From an uncultured Gemmatimonadales bacterium (GTDB taxonomy: Bacteria; Gemmatimonadota; Gemmatimonadetes; Gemmatimonadales; GWC2-71-9), in contig CAWJMT010000035.1 of assembly GCA_963844035.1 (NCBI GenBank), positions 258,764-322,763 on the forward strand: DNA of 64,000 nucleotides. Direction: 5' to 3'. This document shows positions 10,927 to 22,089 of this stretch, in pieces (position 1 is the first letter of the stretch; every line of letters starts with the position of its first letter). Both the position numbers and the translations under genes were made by a program. The notes beneath the pieces are model-generated. The model did not search any database and had not been told where the DNA came from. It saw only the letters and a program-made list of their open reading frames with translations.

Positions 10927-12856
10927 ATGGCAGCCTCGGAAATTCGCGTCACGCTCCCGGATGGGAGCGAACGGACCCTGCCCGCCGGCGCCACCGGCGC
11001 CGACCTGGCGCGGGCGGTCGGGCCCGGTCTGGCCAAGGCGGCGCTCGCCATACGGGTCGACGGTCAGGTGCGCGATCTCGCGCGTCCGCTCCCCGATGGC
11101 GCCAAGGTGGCGGTGGTGACCGATCGCGACCCCCAGGCGCTCGAGGTGCTGCGCCACTCGAGCGCCCACGTGCTCGCCACCGCGGTGCGGCAGCTCTTCC
11201 CGCACGCGAAGATCGGGTTCGGTCCGCCAATCGAGGACGGGTTCTACTACGACTTCGAGGTGCCGACCCCGTTCACCCCCGCGGATCTGGAGCAGATCGA
11301 GGCCAAGATGCTCGAGGTGGCCCAGGCCGACTACCCGTTCACCCGCGAAGAGGTGAACCGTGCCGAGGCCAAGAAACGCTTCGTGGACGATCCGCTCAAA
11401 CTGGAGCGCATCGACGACCTCGGCGAAAACGAGGTGATCACCGTCTATACCGACGGTCCGTTCATCGACTTATGCCGCGGCCCGCACGTGCCCAGCACCG
11501 GCAAGATCAAGCACGTCAAACTGCTGCACGCGGCCGCCGCGTACTGGCGTGGCGATTCCCGTCGCCAGATGCTGCAGCGCATCTACGGCACCGCGTGGTT
11601 CAAGAAGGAAGACCTCGAGCAGTACCTCCACCGGCTGCAGGAGGCCGCCAAGCGCGATCACCGCAAGGTGGGTCGCGAGCTGGACCTGTTCATGTTCCAT
11701 CACTGGGCGCCGGGCGCCGCGTTCTGGACCAGCCGCGGCACTGCGATGATCAACGAGCTGAACGGCTACCTGCGCCTGCTGCAGCGCGACGGCTACCACG
11801 AGATCAAGACGCCGCTGTTGTACAACAAGGGGCTGTGGGAGCAGTCGGGACACTGGGGCAAGTACCAGGAAAACATGTTCCTGGTACTCGACAACGAGAC
11901 GAAGGAGCACGACTTCTCGTTGAAGCCGATGAATTGCCCGTCGCACTACCTCATGTATCTGGCGGGGAAGCACAGCTATCGGGAGCTGCCGCTGCGCTAC
12001 AGCACCTACGACGTGCTGCACCGCAACGAGATCTCCGGCGCGTTGTCGGGCCTGACGCGGGTGCGCCAGTTCCAGCAGGACGACTGTCACATCTTCCTGA
12101 TGGAGAGCCAGATCGCCGACGAGGTCAAGCGGCTGGTGGATTTCATCCTCGCGTTCTACAAGACCTTCTCGCTCACGGCGGAATTGCGGTTCTGCACCCG
12201 GCCCGCCGTGCGCATCGGTGACGACGCGATGTGGGACCGGGCCGAGGGGGCGCTGCGCGGCGCGCTGGAGGCCACGGGGCTCGCGTACACGACCAACGCC
12301 GGAGACGGCGCCTTCTACGGGCCCAAGATCGATTTCCACGTGGCCGATTCGATCGGGCGGACCTGGCAGCTCGGCACCATTCAGCTCGACTACGCGGCGC
12401 CCGAGCGGTTCGGAATGATCTACGTCGGTGAGGACAACACCGAGCATCGCCCGGTGGTCATCCATCGCGCGGTGAGCGGGTCGTTCGAACGGTTCATGGC
12501 CATCCTCATCGAGCATTTCGCCGGCGCGTTCCCCCTCTGGCTCTCGCCGGAGCAGGTGCGCGTGCTGCCGATCGCGGAGGGCCAGCTGGCGGCGGCGCGC
12601 ACCGTCCACCAGCGGTTGCGCGACGCCGGGATCCGCTCGCACCTGGATGAGCGCAACGAGACGTTGAACTACAAGGTGCGCGACGGGGAGGTGCAGAAGG
12701 TCCCGTACCTCGCGGTGGTCGGGGAGCGCGAAGCGCAGGCCGGAACAGTGGCGCTGCGCGCGCGCGGCGCCGGCAACAAGCAGGTCGTCATTCCCGTGGA
12801 AGAGCTTCTCGGCCGGCTGACCGAGGAGATTCGCACGCGGGCATTGCCCTCGTTAG
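10927..12856 (+). CDS. thrS: Threonine--tRNA ligase
   Basis: TGS domain, RHSSAH, DLCRGPH, RDHRK, KPMNCP, GLTRVRQF, FYGPKID, IHRA. The true stop is probably TAG at ~12854-12856, masked by one extra base (assembled ORF runs on to 13014). Confidence 0.97.
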
Positions 12857-12894
12857 TTGAGGTAGGGGCGAGGTCCTGCCTCGCCCGTACCGAC

Positions 12895-14086
12895 ATGAGC
12901 CGCCGACACCACCACCCCCGTCATCCTCAGTGCGGTCCGCACGCCGGTCGGGCGCTATCTGGGCGGGCTCGCTGCGCTCCCCGCGCCACAGCTCGGCGCC
13001 CGCGTCATTCGTGAAACCGTGCGTCGCTCTGGGATCGATCCCGCCGCGGTGGACGAAGTCATCATGGGGAACGTGCTGCAGGGCGGGGTGGGGCAGGCAC
13101 CCGCCCGCCAGGCCGCTATCCACGCGGGACTCCCCGGCACCATCCCGGCACTCACGATCAACAAGGTGTGCGGCTCCGGCCTCAAAGCCGTGATGCTCGC
13201 GGCGCAGGCGATCCGCGCGGGGGACGAGCAGTGCATCGTCGCCGGCGGGATGGAGTCCATGTCCAACGCCGTGCACTACGTCTACGGGATGCGCAGCGGG
13301 ATCAAAGCGGGGAACAGCCAGCTCGTGGACGGCATGATTCACGATGGGCTCTGGGATTCGTTCTCGAACACCCACATGGGCAACCTCGCCGAGTACACCG
13401 CCAAGAAGGCCGGCATCACGCGCGAAGACCAGGATCGCTTCGCGGTCGAGAGCCATCAGAAAGCGGTGGCGGCGATGGCGGCCGGTCGCTTCAAGGCCGA
13501 GCTGGTACCGGTCGAAATCGCCGGCAAGAAAGGTCCCACGGTCGTCGATCAGGATGAGGGGCCGCGCAAAGACACCTCCCTCGCGGCGCTCGCGGCGCTG
13601 TCGCCCTCCTTCGAAAAAGGAGGGACGGTCACCCCGGGCAACGCGCCCGGGCTGAACGACGGTGCGAGCGCGCTGGTCGTCACGTCCCTCGCCTTCGCGC
13701 GCGCCCATGGGCTCGCTCCGATGGCGCGCATCATGGCCTACGCCACCGGCGGCGGGGACCCGAAGGACCTGTTCTTCGCGCCGATCGTCGCGGTGAAATC
13801 GCTGCTCGCCAAAACCGGCTCGGTCGTCGGCGACTACGACTTGATCGAGGCCAACGAGGCGTTCGCCGTGCAAGCCCTGGCCGACGGACGGGCCCTCGGC
13901 TGGGACTGGGACCGCGTGAACGTGAACGGGGGCGCGATCGCGCTGGGGCACCCGATCGGCGCGTCGGGCGCGCGCGTGCTCACCACGTTGCTCCATGCCC
14001 TGAGGGATCGGAAACGGAGCTCCGGCCTCGCCACGCTGTGCCTGGGTGGCGGCAACGCGGTCGCGTTGAGCGTGGAGCTGATGTGA
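12895..14086 (+). CDS. Acetyl-CoA C-acetyltransferase (thiolase); +1 indel just after the ATG
   Basis: VILSAVRTPVG N-terminus, NKVCGSG, NEAFA, GHPIGASG, CLGGG catalytic motifs. Confidence 0.93.
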
Positions 14087-14979
14087 CGTCCCGCGCGCGC
14101 CTCTGGCTCGAGGGCGTGCGCCCGCTGGGCGTCGCGCTGGTCTGGATCGCGTTGTACGCCGTCGTCTCCGGTGGAATCGGGCTGGGCCTCACCCAAGCCT
14201 GCTGGTTTGCGGCTGATCGCAGCGGCGTTGCGCTTCCCGACCTGTCCTCCCCCTGGTTCCTCGCCGTCCTCGCGCCTTGCTGGGTCGCTGGATTTGGCGT
14301 GGCGACCTGGCTCGTCGGTGCCCGCCTTGCCAAGCATTCACGCGTGGAATTGGGTTGGCGCGCAGAAGGCGGCGCGCTGCGAGCGATGGTCCTGGGATGC
14401 GGACTCGGCACCCTGGCGGCAGCGCTCGCGGTGGCGCTCGCGATCGGTGTGGGCGGGGCGCGGCTGCGCTTCGCGCACCACTGGCACGCCTATTTCGCGG
14501 TGGCGGCGCCGGTCGCTCTCGGGTTGCTCGCCGCGGCCCTGGCCGAGGAGCTCGCGTTCCGCGGATTCCCGCTCAGCCGGCTGGGCCGCGCGCTCGGCGC
14601 TGGGCGGGCGACGATCGTGCTCGCGGTCGTGTTCGGGGTGGCGCACGCCATGAACCCCAATGCGAGTGTGTTCGGCATAGTGAATGTCGCGCTCGCCGGG
14701 GTGTGGTTGTCGGTGGCCTTCTTCTCGCCCGGCGGCATCGTGCTGGGGTGGGGGTTGCATTTCGGCTGGAATTTCGGATTGGCGCTGCTGGGCGCGCCGG
14801 TGAGCGGCATGCGGCTCGGTCCGCCGCAGGCGGCTTATCACCCGGGTTCACACCCCTGGTTCGACGGCGGGGCGTTTGGGCCGGAAGGCGGGCTGGTGGG
14901 GACGATCGCGATTGCGGCGGGCCTCGCCGCGCTCGTCGGCTCGCGCCTGCGCCGTCCGCGCGCCTGGGTGACGGTATGA
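14083..14979 (+). CDS. CPBP (Abi/CAAX) family intramembrane metalloprotease
   Basis: EELAFRG, FGVAH, LHFGWN and GGAFGPEGG motifs; multiple transmembrane segments. Confidence 0.88.
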   Translation: MTSRARLWLEGVRPLGVALVWIALYAVVSGGIGLGLTQACWFAADRSGVALPDLSSPWFLAVLAPCWVAGFGVATWLVGARLAKHSRVELGWRAEGGALRAMVLGCGLGTLAAALAVALAIGVGGARLRFAHHWHAYFAVAAPVALGLLAAALAEELAFRGFPLSRLGRALGAGRATIVLAVVFGVAHAMNPNASVFGIVNVALAGVWLSVAFFSPGGIVLGWGLHFGWNFGLALLGAPVSGMRLGPPQAAYHPGSHPWFDGGAFGPEGGLVGTIAIAAGLAALVGSRLRRPRAWVTV

Positions 14980-15824
14980 GCCGGGTCGCGGTACTGGGTG
15001 CGGGAACGATGGGGTGTGGCATCGCGCAGGTGTTCGCCCAGTCCGGTTGGACGACGGCGTTGTCGGATGTCTCAGGACCCGCGCTCGAGCGGGGCCTCGA
15101 GACCATCCAGCGCAACCTCGAGCGTCAGGTGAAGAAAGCTGCTCTCACGCCGGCGCTGCGCGACGCCGCGCTGGGGTTGATCCGTCCCGCCACGCTGGCC
15201 GAAGCCGCGGCGGATGCGGAGCTCGTGATCGAGGCGGCGACCGAAGATCGTCTCACCAAGTTCAAGATCTTTCAGGAGGCCGATCGCACCGCGCCTCCCG
15301 GCGCGATTCTCGCGAGCAACACATCGTCGATCTCTATTACGGCGATCGCCGGTCAGACGCGGCGCGCCCCGCAGGTGATCGGCATGCACTTCATGAATCC
15401 GGTGCCCGTGATGCAGCTCGTCGAAGTGATCCGCGGACTCGACACCTCCGATCAGACCACCCAACGAGTGCTCGAGATCGCCACCGCCCTCGGGAAAACA
15501 CCGGTGACGGTGCGCGACGCACCCGGGTTCGTGTCCAACCGCGTGCTGCTGCCGATGATCAACGAGGCGATCTTCTGCGTGATGGAGGGCGTGGCTAGCC
15601 CCGAGGCGGTGGACACGGTGATGAAGCTCGGCATGAACCATCCCCTCGGCCCCCTCGCGCTCGCGGACCTGATCGGCCTGGACGTCTGTCTCGCGATCCT
15701 GGAAGTGCTGCATCGCGATCTGGGGGACGACAAATACCGCCCGGCGCCGCTGCTCGCCCAAATGGTCGCGGCCGGCCGCTTGGGAAAAAAGAGCGGACGT
15801 GGTTTCTATGTCTACCGCGCTTGA
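14976..15824 (+). CDS. hbd: 3-hydroxybutyryl-CoA dehydrogenase
   Basis: GAGTMG, ASNTSS, GMHFMNP, PGFVSNR, GMNHPLGP, GKKSGRGFY. Confidence 0.92.
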   Translation: MSRVAVLGAGTMGCGIAQVFAQSGWTTALSDVSGPALERGLETIQRNLERQVKKAALTPALRDAALGLIRPATLAEAAADAELVIEAATEDRLTKFKIFQEADRTAPPGAILASNTSSISITAIAGQTRRAPQVIGMHFMNPVPVMQLVEVIRGLDTSDQTTQRVLEIATALGKTPVTVRDAPGFVSNRVLLPMINEAIFCVMEGVASPEAVDTVMKLGMNHPLGPLALADLIGLDVCLAILEVLHRDLGDDKYRPAPLLAQMVAAGRLGKKSGRGFYVYRA

Positions 15825-16962
15825 GTCGACCGGCCTCTCCGAGACCCAACGGCAGATCGTCGAGCTGGCGCGTGAGTTCGCGCACAACCGTGTCGCGCCA
15901 CACGCCGCCGAGTGGGACCGCACATTACAGCTGCCGCGCTCCGTCCTGACCGAGCTGGGCGCGCTCGGATTCCTGGGAATGATGACGCCCGAAGCGGACG
16001 ATGGGATGGGGCTCGACACGCTCACCTATCTGCTCGCGCTCGAGGAGCTCGCGGCCGCCGATGCGAGCGTCGCGGTCGCGGTCGGGATCCAGCACGCGGT
16101 GCAGAGCGGTTTGTTGCAGCGGCACGGGAGCGCGGCGCAGCGGGAGCGCTGGCTGCGGCCGCTGGCGCGCGGCGAGCTGCTCGCGGCGTTCGCACTCGCC
16201 GAGCCCGACGCCGGCTCCGACACCGGGGCGTTGCGCACGCAGGCCGTGCGCGAGGGCGACGGCTGGGTCCTGACCGGTACGAAGGCGTGGGTGACCAACG
16301 GCGCCTCCGCGGATGTCATCATCGTGCTCGCCCGCACGGCGTCGCGGACCGATGCGGCGGCGATGTCCGCGTTCATCGTCCCAGCGGTGCTCGCGGGTTA
16401 CCGGCCGCGCGCGGACACCATGGGTCTGCGGGCGGCGAGCCTGGCTTCGGTGACGCTCCAAGACGTGGCCGTGCCGGCGGACCACCTCGTGGGCGAGGAG
16501 GGACGGGGGTTGGAGTACGCGCTCGAGGTGCGTGACATCAGCCAGCTGGGCACGGCGATCGTGGCGGTGGGGATTGCGCGGCGGGCGCTCGAGCACGCGG
16601 TCGGCTACTGCGCGGAGCGGAAGCAGTTCGGCCAGGCGCTGCGCGAGTTCCAAGCCCTGCAGTTCAAACTCGCCGACATGGCCACGCGCGTCGCGGCGGC
16701 CCGGGCCCTGGCGCATGCCGCGGCGGCGGCGCGGGATCGCGGCGAAGCGAGCGCGCGCCCGGCCAGCATGGCCAAGCTGCTCGCCTCCGAAACGGCGATG
16801 TGGGTGACGACCCAGGCGATTCAGTTGTTCGGCGGCTACGGCTACATGCGTGACTTCCCGGTCGAGAAGCTGTTTCGGGACGCCAAGGGCACGGAGTTGT
16901 TGGACGGGACGAGTGAGATGCAGCGTGTCACGATTGCCCAGGGGCTCTATCAGGGCGGGTAG
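15808..16962 (+). CDS. Acyl-CoA dehydrogenase family protein (divergent active site)
   Basis: FALAEPDAGSD, GTKAWVTNG, RKQFG, QLFGGYGY..DFPVEKLFRDAK. Confidence 0.85.
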   Translation: MSTALESTGLSETQRQIVELAREFAHNRVAPHAAEWDRTLQLPRSVLTELGALGFLGMMTPEADDGMGLDTLTYLLALEELAAADASVAVAVGIQHAVQSGLLQRHGSAAQRERWLRPLARGELLAAFALAEPDAGSDTGALRTQAVREGDGWVLTGTKAWVTNGASADVIIVLARTASRTDAAAMSAFIVPAVLAGYRPRADTMGLRAASLASVTLQDVAVPADHLVGEEGRGLEYALEVRDISQLGTAIVAVGIARRALEHAVGYCAERKQFGQALREFQALQFKLADMATRVAAARALAHAAAAARDRGEASARPASMAKLLASETAMWVTTQAIQLFGGYGYMRDFPVEKLFRDAKGTELLDGTSEMQRVTIAQGLYQGG

Positions 16963-16987
16963 GCGGGCAGGCGGGTGGGCAGGCGCC

Positions 16988-17015
16988 TTGCCCGGATGGC
17001 GTTGGGAGCTATCAT
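16988..17015 (+). promoter_or_regulatory. Putative sigma70 promoter for rpiB-glyA
   Basis: TTGCCC-16 nt-TATCAT upstream of rpiB. Confidence 0.45.
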
Positions 17016-17054
17016 GTGGCGGAGGACGGCACGCCGCAACGCGGAGGGAGCACG

Positions 17055-17492
17055 GTGGCTGAGCAGATCTACATCGGTGCCGATCACGCGGGCTTCGCGC
17101 TCAAGCAGAAGCTCGTGGAGGAGTTGAAGCGCCTGGGATACGAGCCGGTCGACGTGGGTCCCAAGACCATGGATCCCCTGGACGATTTTCCCGACTTCGC
17201 CAAGCCGGTGGCGGCGGCGGTGAGCACGGGTAAGGCGCCGCGGGGGGTGCTGACCTGCGGGTCGGGGCTCGGGATGTCGTATACCGCGAACCGCTTCCCG
17301 CACGTCCGGGCGGCCGTCGCCTGGAGTGCGGAAGTCGCCGAGTTGGCGCGCAAGCACAACGACGCCAACATCCTCGTCCTGCCGGCGCGCTTCGTGAGCG
17401 ACGCGGAAGGGCTGGAGATCCTGCACAAGTGGCTGGACACGGCCTTCGAGGGCGGCCGCCACGCGCGGCGCGTCGAGAAGATCGAGTCATGA
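17055..17492 (+). CDS. rpiB: Ribose-5-phosphate isomerase B
   Basis: GADHAG, CGSGLG, HNDAN, FEGGRH..RVEKI; GGAGGGAG ribosome-binding site before the GTG. Confidence 0.95.
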   Translation: MAEQIYIGADHAGFALKQKLVEELKRLGYEPVDVGPKTMDPLDDFPDFAKPVAAAVSTGKAPRGVLTCGSGLGMSYTANRFPHVRAAVAWSAEVAELARKHNDANILVLPARFVSDAEGLEILHKWLDTAFEGGRHARRVEKIES

Positions 17493-18775
17493 GCGACCGT
17501 TTAGCCCCGCTGGCCAAGGCCGATCCCGCCATCGCCGGACTGGTGCGGCGTGAGCAGGAGCGGCAGGAGCACGGGCTCGAGCTGATCGCGAGCGAGAACT
17601 TCGTCTCGGTCGCGGTGCTCGAAGCGGCGGGTACGGTGCTTACCAACAAGTACGCCGAAGGCGTGCCCCGCAAACGGTATTACGGCGGGTGCGAGGTGAT
17701 CGACGAGATCGAGCAGCTCGCGGTCGATCGCGCCAAGCAGCTGTTCGGCGCCGAGCACGTCAACGTGCAGCCGCACTCGGGCGCGCAGGCGAACATGGCG
17801 GCATACCTCGCCGTCGCGAAACCCGGCGACAAGCTCATGGGTCTCGCCCTGCCGCACGGTGGGCACCTGACGCACGGGTCCCCGGTCAACTTTTCCGGCA
17901 CCCTGTTCCAGGCGTCCTCCTATGGCGTGCGGGAAGAAACGGGCCGCATCGACTACGATCAAGTCCGCGACCTGGCGCGGCGCGATCGGCCTCGCCTGCT
18001 CATCGGCGGTGGTAGCGCCTACGCGCGCATCATCGACTTTCCGGCGTTGCGCAGCATCGCGGACGAAGTGGGCGCCATCCTCGTGGTAGACATGGCGCAT
18101 TTCGCAGGGCTCGTGGCGGCGGGACTGCACCCCTCGCCCGTGCCGCACGCGCAGATCGTCACGACCACCACGCACAAAACGCTGCGCGGCCCGCGCGGCG
18201 GGATGATTCTGTGCCGCGAGGTGCATGCGAAGGACGTGGACAAGCAGGTCTTCCCCGGAACCCAGGGTGGACCGCTCGAGCACATCATCGCGGCCAAGGC
18301 GGTGGCGCTGGGCGAAGCACTGGCGCCCGACTTCAAGCAGTACGCCGCGCAGGTGATCAAGAATGCTCAGGCCCTCGCCGCCGGGTTGATCGCGCGCGGC
18401 TACGCCATCGTCTCGGGGGGCACCGACACGCACCTGATGCTGGTCGATCTGCGTCCCAAGCAGGTGACCGGGAAGGATGCGCAGGAGCTGCTCGACAAGG
18501 CGCAGATCACGGTCAACAAGAACACGATCCCGGGCGATCCCCAGAAGGCGTTCGTCACGAGCGGCATCCGCCTCGGCACGCCCGCGGTCACGACGCGCGG
18601 GCTGCGCGAGCCGGAGATGGACGTCATCGCCGAGCTGATCGACACCGTGCTGACCAAGAAGGACGACGCGACCATCGCGCGCGTGAAGGTCAGCGTGCGC
18701 GAGCTTACCGATCGGTTCCCGCTGTACGCCGCGCCGCGCCCGTCGGCTCCCCAGGCCGCGGCGTCGCGCGTCTGA
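17489..18775 (+). CDS. glyA: Serine hydroxymethyltransferase
   Basis: [39 protein letters not shown]. Confidence 0.98.
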   Translation: MSDRLAPLAKADPAIAGLVRREQERQEHGLELIASENFVSVAVLEAAGTVLTNKYAEGVPRKRYYGGCEVIDEIEQLAVDRAKQLFGAEHVNVQPHSGAQANMAAYLAVAKPGDKLMGLALPHGGHLTHGSPVNFSGTLFQASSYGVREETGRIDYDQVRDLARRDRPRLLIGGGSAYARIIDFPALRSIADEVGAILVVDMAHFAGLVAAGLHPSPVPHAQIVTTTTHKTLRGPRGGMILCREVHAKDVDKQVFPGTQGGPLEHIIAAKAVALGEALAPDFKQYAAQVIKNAQALAAGLIARGYAIVSGGTDTHLMLVDLRPKQVTGKDAQELLDKAQITVNKNTIPGDPQKAFVTSGIRLGTPAVTTRGLREPEMDVIAELIDTVLTKKDDATIARVKVSVRELTDRFPLYAAPRPSAPQAAASRV

Positions 18776-18804
18776 CGCCCCCCGCCCGAGACTAGCGCAT
18801 CCGC

Positions 18805-19260
18805 ATGGCAGACACCGGGTCGGGTCAGGATCCCAGGAGCTCAGGGGGGTTCACCGTCCACATCGCGGACGAGCTCGAGGTCTACTTCAATGAAGTGGCG
18901 CGCGGGCGGCCCGTCGGATTCGTCGGCTCGCTCAAGTGGAAGCCGCCGACCGACGTGTACGAGACCGAGGATGCCGTCGTCGTCCACATGGACATTGCGG
19001 GCATGCGCTCGGGCGACTTCCACGTGGAGCTCGCCGAGAGCATCCTGACGATTTCGGGTGAGCGGCTGCCGCGGCGTGACGGCAAACGGCACTACCACGC
19101 GATGGAAATCCAGATCGGGCCGTTCGAGCGGCGGCTGCGCATCCCCGCACCGGTCGATCCCGACAGCGTGCACGCGAGCTACGAGGCCGGCTTCCTCGAG
19201 GTTCGCCTCCGGAAACTCCCGGTGCGGCGCTCCGGCACGCACTCCGTCAAAGTCGAATGA
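18805..19260 (+). CDS. Hsp20/alpha-crystallin small heat-shock protein
   Basis: PPTDVYET..DIAG..LTISGER..GPFER..ASYEAGFLEV. Confidence 0.9.
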   Translation: MADTGSGQDPRSSGGFTVHIADELEVYFNEVARGRPVGFVGSLKWKPPTDVYETEDAVVVHMDIAGMRSGDFHVELAESILTISGERLPRRDGKRHYHAMEIQIGPFERRLRIPAPVDPDSVHASYEAGFLEVRLRKLPVRRSGTHSVKVE

Positions 19261-21695
19261 CGGCTCCCGTCCCAGACGCGGTGCCCGTGTCGCCGGTCTC
19301 GTCCACTGAGCAGTGGGCGCTCCCGGTCCTGCCGCTCGGCCAGCTCGTCGTTTATCCGCACGTGGTGCTGCCGCTGACGCTCGACGATCCGCACGCGGTG
19401 CAGCTCATCGATGAGGTGGTCCAAGGCTCGAAGCGGCTGCTGCTCGGCGTTGTGAAGCCGCGGGGCGGCACGGAGCCCGCCGAGGGCTCGCTGATGGGTG
19501 CGCGCGGCGACGAGCTGTATGAGGTGGGCACCCTCGGCGTGTTGGTGCGCATGCTCAAGCTCGGCGACGGCTCGACGCGCGTGATGGTGCAGGGGCTGGA
19601 GCGCGCCAAGTTGATCGAGTTCGCTCCCGGCGATAACTGGCTCGTGGCGCGCTACGAATCGCTCCCCGAGTCGGTGCTCGAGGACGCGCACACCGAAGCG
19701 CTGAAGCGCACCGTGCACGCCCAGTTCTCGCGTGTCGTGGACATCGCCCCGTACCTCGGCGAAGAGCTGCACGAAGTGCTGGCCGGGATCCATGGCGCCG
19801 GGAGACTCGCGGACTTCGTGGCCGCGAACCTCGATCTCGCGCTCCCCGCGAAGGCCGAGCTGCTCGCCCTGAACGACGTGAACCGCCGGCTGGAGCGGCT
19901 CACGGAGCTACTGGGGCAGGAGCTGCAGGTGCTCGAAGTTGGGAGCCAGATCCAGGAGAAGACGAAGAGCCGCCTCGACGCCAACCAGCGCGAGTACGTG
20001 CTGCGCGAGCAGCTCCGGGTGATCCGCCAGGAGCTGGGCGAAGAAGACGGCGACGACGAGCTCACCGAGCTGGGGCACAAGCTCGACGAGGTCGGCCTTT
20101 CACCTGAGGCACGTAAGGTCGCCGATCGCGAGCTGAAGCGGCTGCGCCAGATGTCGCCGCAGTCGGCCGAGTACCAGGTGGCGCGGACCTATCTCGACGT
20201 GCTGGCCTCACTCCCGTGGAGCCGCGTGTCGGAGGATCGCCTCGACTTGAAGGCCGCGCGCGAGATCCTCGACCGCGATCACTACGACCTCAAGCTCGTC
20301 AAAGAGCGGATCCTCGAGTACCTCGCGGTCCGCACCCTCAACCCTCAGGCGAGAGGGAGCATCCTCTGTTTTGTCGGGCCTCCCGGCGTGGGGAAGACCT
20401 CGCTCGGCCAGAGCATCGCGGAGGCGCTGGGACGTCGCTTCACGCGGGTCTCGTTGGGTGGGGTGCGGGACGAGGCAGAAATCCGCGGCCACCGGCGCAC
20501 CTACGTCGGCGCGCTCCCGGGCCGCATCATTCACGCGCTGCAGCGCGGCGAAACGCGCAACCCGCTGCTCATGCTCGACGAGGTGGACAAGATGGCGAGC
20601 GACGCGCGTGGCGATCCCACGGCGGCGCTGCTCGAAGTGCTCGACCCCGCGCAGAACCACACGTTCGGCGACCACTATCTGGAGGTGCCGTTCGATCTCT
20701 CCGGGGTGATGTTCATCGCGACCGCGAACAGCCTTAGCCCGATGGCCGATGCGTTGCTCGACCGGATGGAGGTGCTCACCCTCCCCGGGTACACGCCGGG
20801 CGAAAAGCTCGCCATCGCCAAGCGCTATCTGCTCCCCCGCCAACTCAAGGAAACCGGCCTCGACGCTGCCCGCGCCGCCGTGGCGGACGGGGCGCTGGAG
20901 CGGGTGATCGCCGAATACACCCGCGAAGCCGGGGTGCGCCAGCTCGAGCGCGAGATTCAGGGCGTGCTCCGCAAGGCGGCGCGCGAGGTGGTGGAAGGGC
21001 GGACCGAGATGGTGAAGATCACCGCCAAGAACCTCGAGAAGTACGCCGGCCAGCCCACCGTGCAGAGTGAGGTAGCCGGGCGACACCCGGAGGTGGGGGT
21101 TGCCACGGGGCTGGCGTGGACGCCCACCGGCGGCGACATCATCTTCGTGGAAGCGATCCAGATGCCCGGCCGGGGCCATATCACCCTCACCGGACAGCTC
21201 GGCGACGTGATGAAGGAGTCGGCGCAGGCGGCATGGAGCTTGCTCCGTGCACGGGCGGGAGCCTTAGGGATTCCCCTCGATACGTTTACGGAGACCGACG
21301 TCCACCTGCATGTTCCAGCGGGCGCGGTGCCGAAAGACGGCCCGTCGGCCGGGATCACGATTGCGACGGCGCTGGCCTCGCTGCTGTGCCGCCGCCCGGC
21401 GCGCCACGACGTGGCGATGACGGGCGAGCTGACGCTCCGAGGGCGCGTCTTGCCGATCGGCGGGCTGAAAGAGAAACTGATTGCGGCCGCGCGCGCGGGC
21501 GTAAAGACGGTGCTCGTGCCGGCTCGCAATCAGAGCGATCTGGTGGAGGTGCCGGACGAAGTGAAGAAGCTCATCGACATCAAGACCGTGGAGACGCTCG
21601 ATCAGGTGCTCGAGGCGGCGCTGCTCGAGCCCAGGTCGCCGCGCGCCGTCGCCCTGCGTGTGAACAAGAGTCTGCCGCGGGAAGCGGCGCCATGA
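19257..21695 (+). CDS. lon: ATP-dependent protease La
   Basis: LON N-domain, GPPGVGKT, HRRTYVGA, PKDGPSAG (Ser), GGLKEK (Lys). Confidence 0.97.
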   Translation: MTAPVPDAVPVSPVSSTEQWALPVLPLGQLVVYPHVVLPLTLDDPHAVQLIDEVVQGSKRLLLGVVKPRGGTEPAEGSLMGARGDELYEVGTLGVLVRMLKLGDGSTRVMVQGLERAKLIEFAPGDNWLVARYESLPESVLEDAHTEALKRTVHAQFSRVVDIAPYLGEELHEVLAGIHGAGRLADFVAANLDLALPAKAELLALNDVNRRLERLTELLGQELQVLEVGSQIQEKTKSRLDANQREYVLREQLRVIRQELGEEDGDDELTELGHKLDEVGLSPEARKVADRELKRLRQMSPQSAEYQVARTYLDVLASLPWSRVSEDRLDLKAAREILDRDHYDLKLVKERILEYLAVRTLNPQARGSILCFVGPPGVGKTSLGQSIAEALGRRFTRVSLGGVRDEAEIRGHRRTYVGALPGRIIHALQRGETRNPLLMLDEVDKMASDARGDPTAALLEVLDPAQNHTFGDHYLEVPFDLSGVMFIATANSLSPMADALLDRMEVLTLPGYTPGEKLAIAKRYLLPRQLKETGLDAARAAVADGALERVIAEYTREAGVRQLEREIQGVLRKAAREVVEGRTEMVKITAKNLEKYAGQPTVQSEVAGRHPEVGVATGLAWTPTGGDIIFVEAIQMPGRGHITLTGQLGDVMKESAQAAWSLLRARAGALGIPLDTFTETDVHLHVPAGAVPKDGPSAGITIATALASLLCRRPARHDVAMTGELTLRGRVLPIGGLKEKLIAAARAGVKTVLVPARNQSDLVEVPDEVKKLIDIKTVETLDQVLEAALLEPRSPRAVALRVNKSLPREAAP

Positions 21696-22081
21696 GCGAG
21701 TTCGCCACGCTCGAGCAGGCGTTCGCCGAGATCCGGGAACGCGACGGCCGCTATCAGGAGCGCGGCTACCTGTTCGTGCTGGCGGCGCTCGAGTTCGCCC
21801 AGGGCCGCCTGCCGGCCCGGCGCCATTTGACCGGCGCGGAGCTCGCGTGGGCGTGCCGCGACTTTGCGCAGGAGCAGTTCGGACTGCTGGCGCCCGCCGT
21901 GCTCGAGTACTGGGGGGTCACCACTACCAACGACTTTGGTCGCATCGTCTTCATGCTCATCGACGTGGGGCTGCTGGCGCGCCAGGAATCCGACCGGGTC
22001 GAGGATTTCGACAGCGTGTACGATTTCGACGGTGTGTTCCGGGTCGGCTACCGCTGGCCCGGCGTTGGGGGACGCACGTAG
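21692..22081 (+). CDS. Minf_1886-family conserved protein
   Basis: D.RY...Y.FV..AL...RHLTG.EL....A...FG.LA..V...WGV.TT.DFG.IVF.LI..G.L...E.D..EDF...YDF pattern. Confidence 0.75.
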   Translation: MSEFATLEQAFAEIRERDGRYQERGYLFVLAALEFAQGRLPARRHLTGAELAWACRDFAQEQFGLLAPAVLEYWGVTTTNDFGRIVFMLIDVGLLARQESDRVEDFDSVYDFDGVFRVGYRWPGVGGRT

Positions 22082-22089
22082 GCGCAGAC

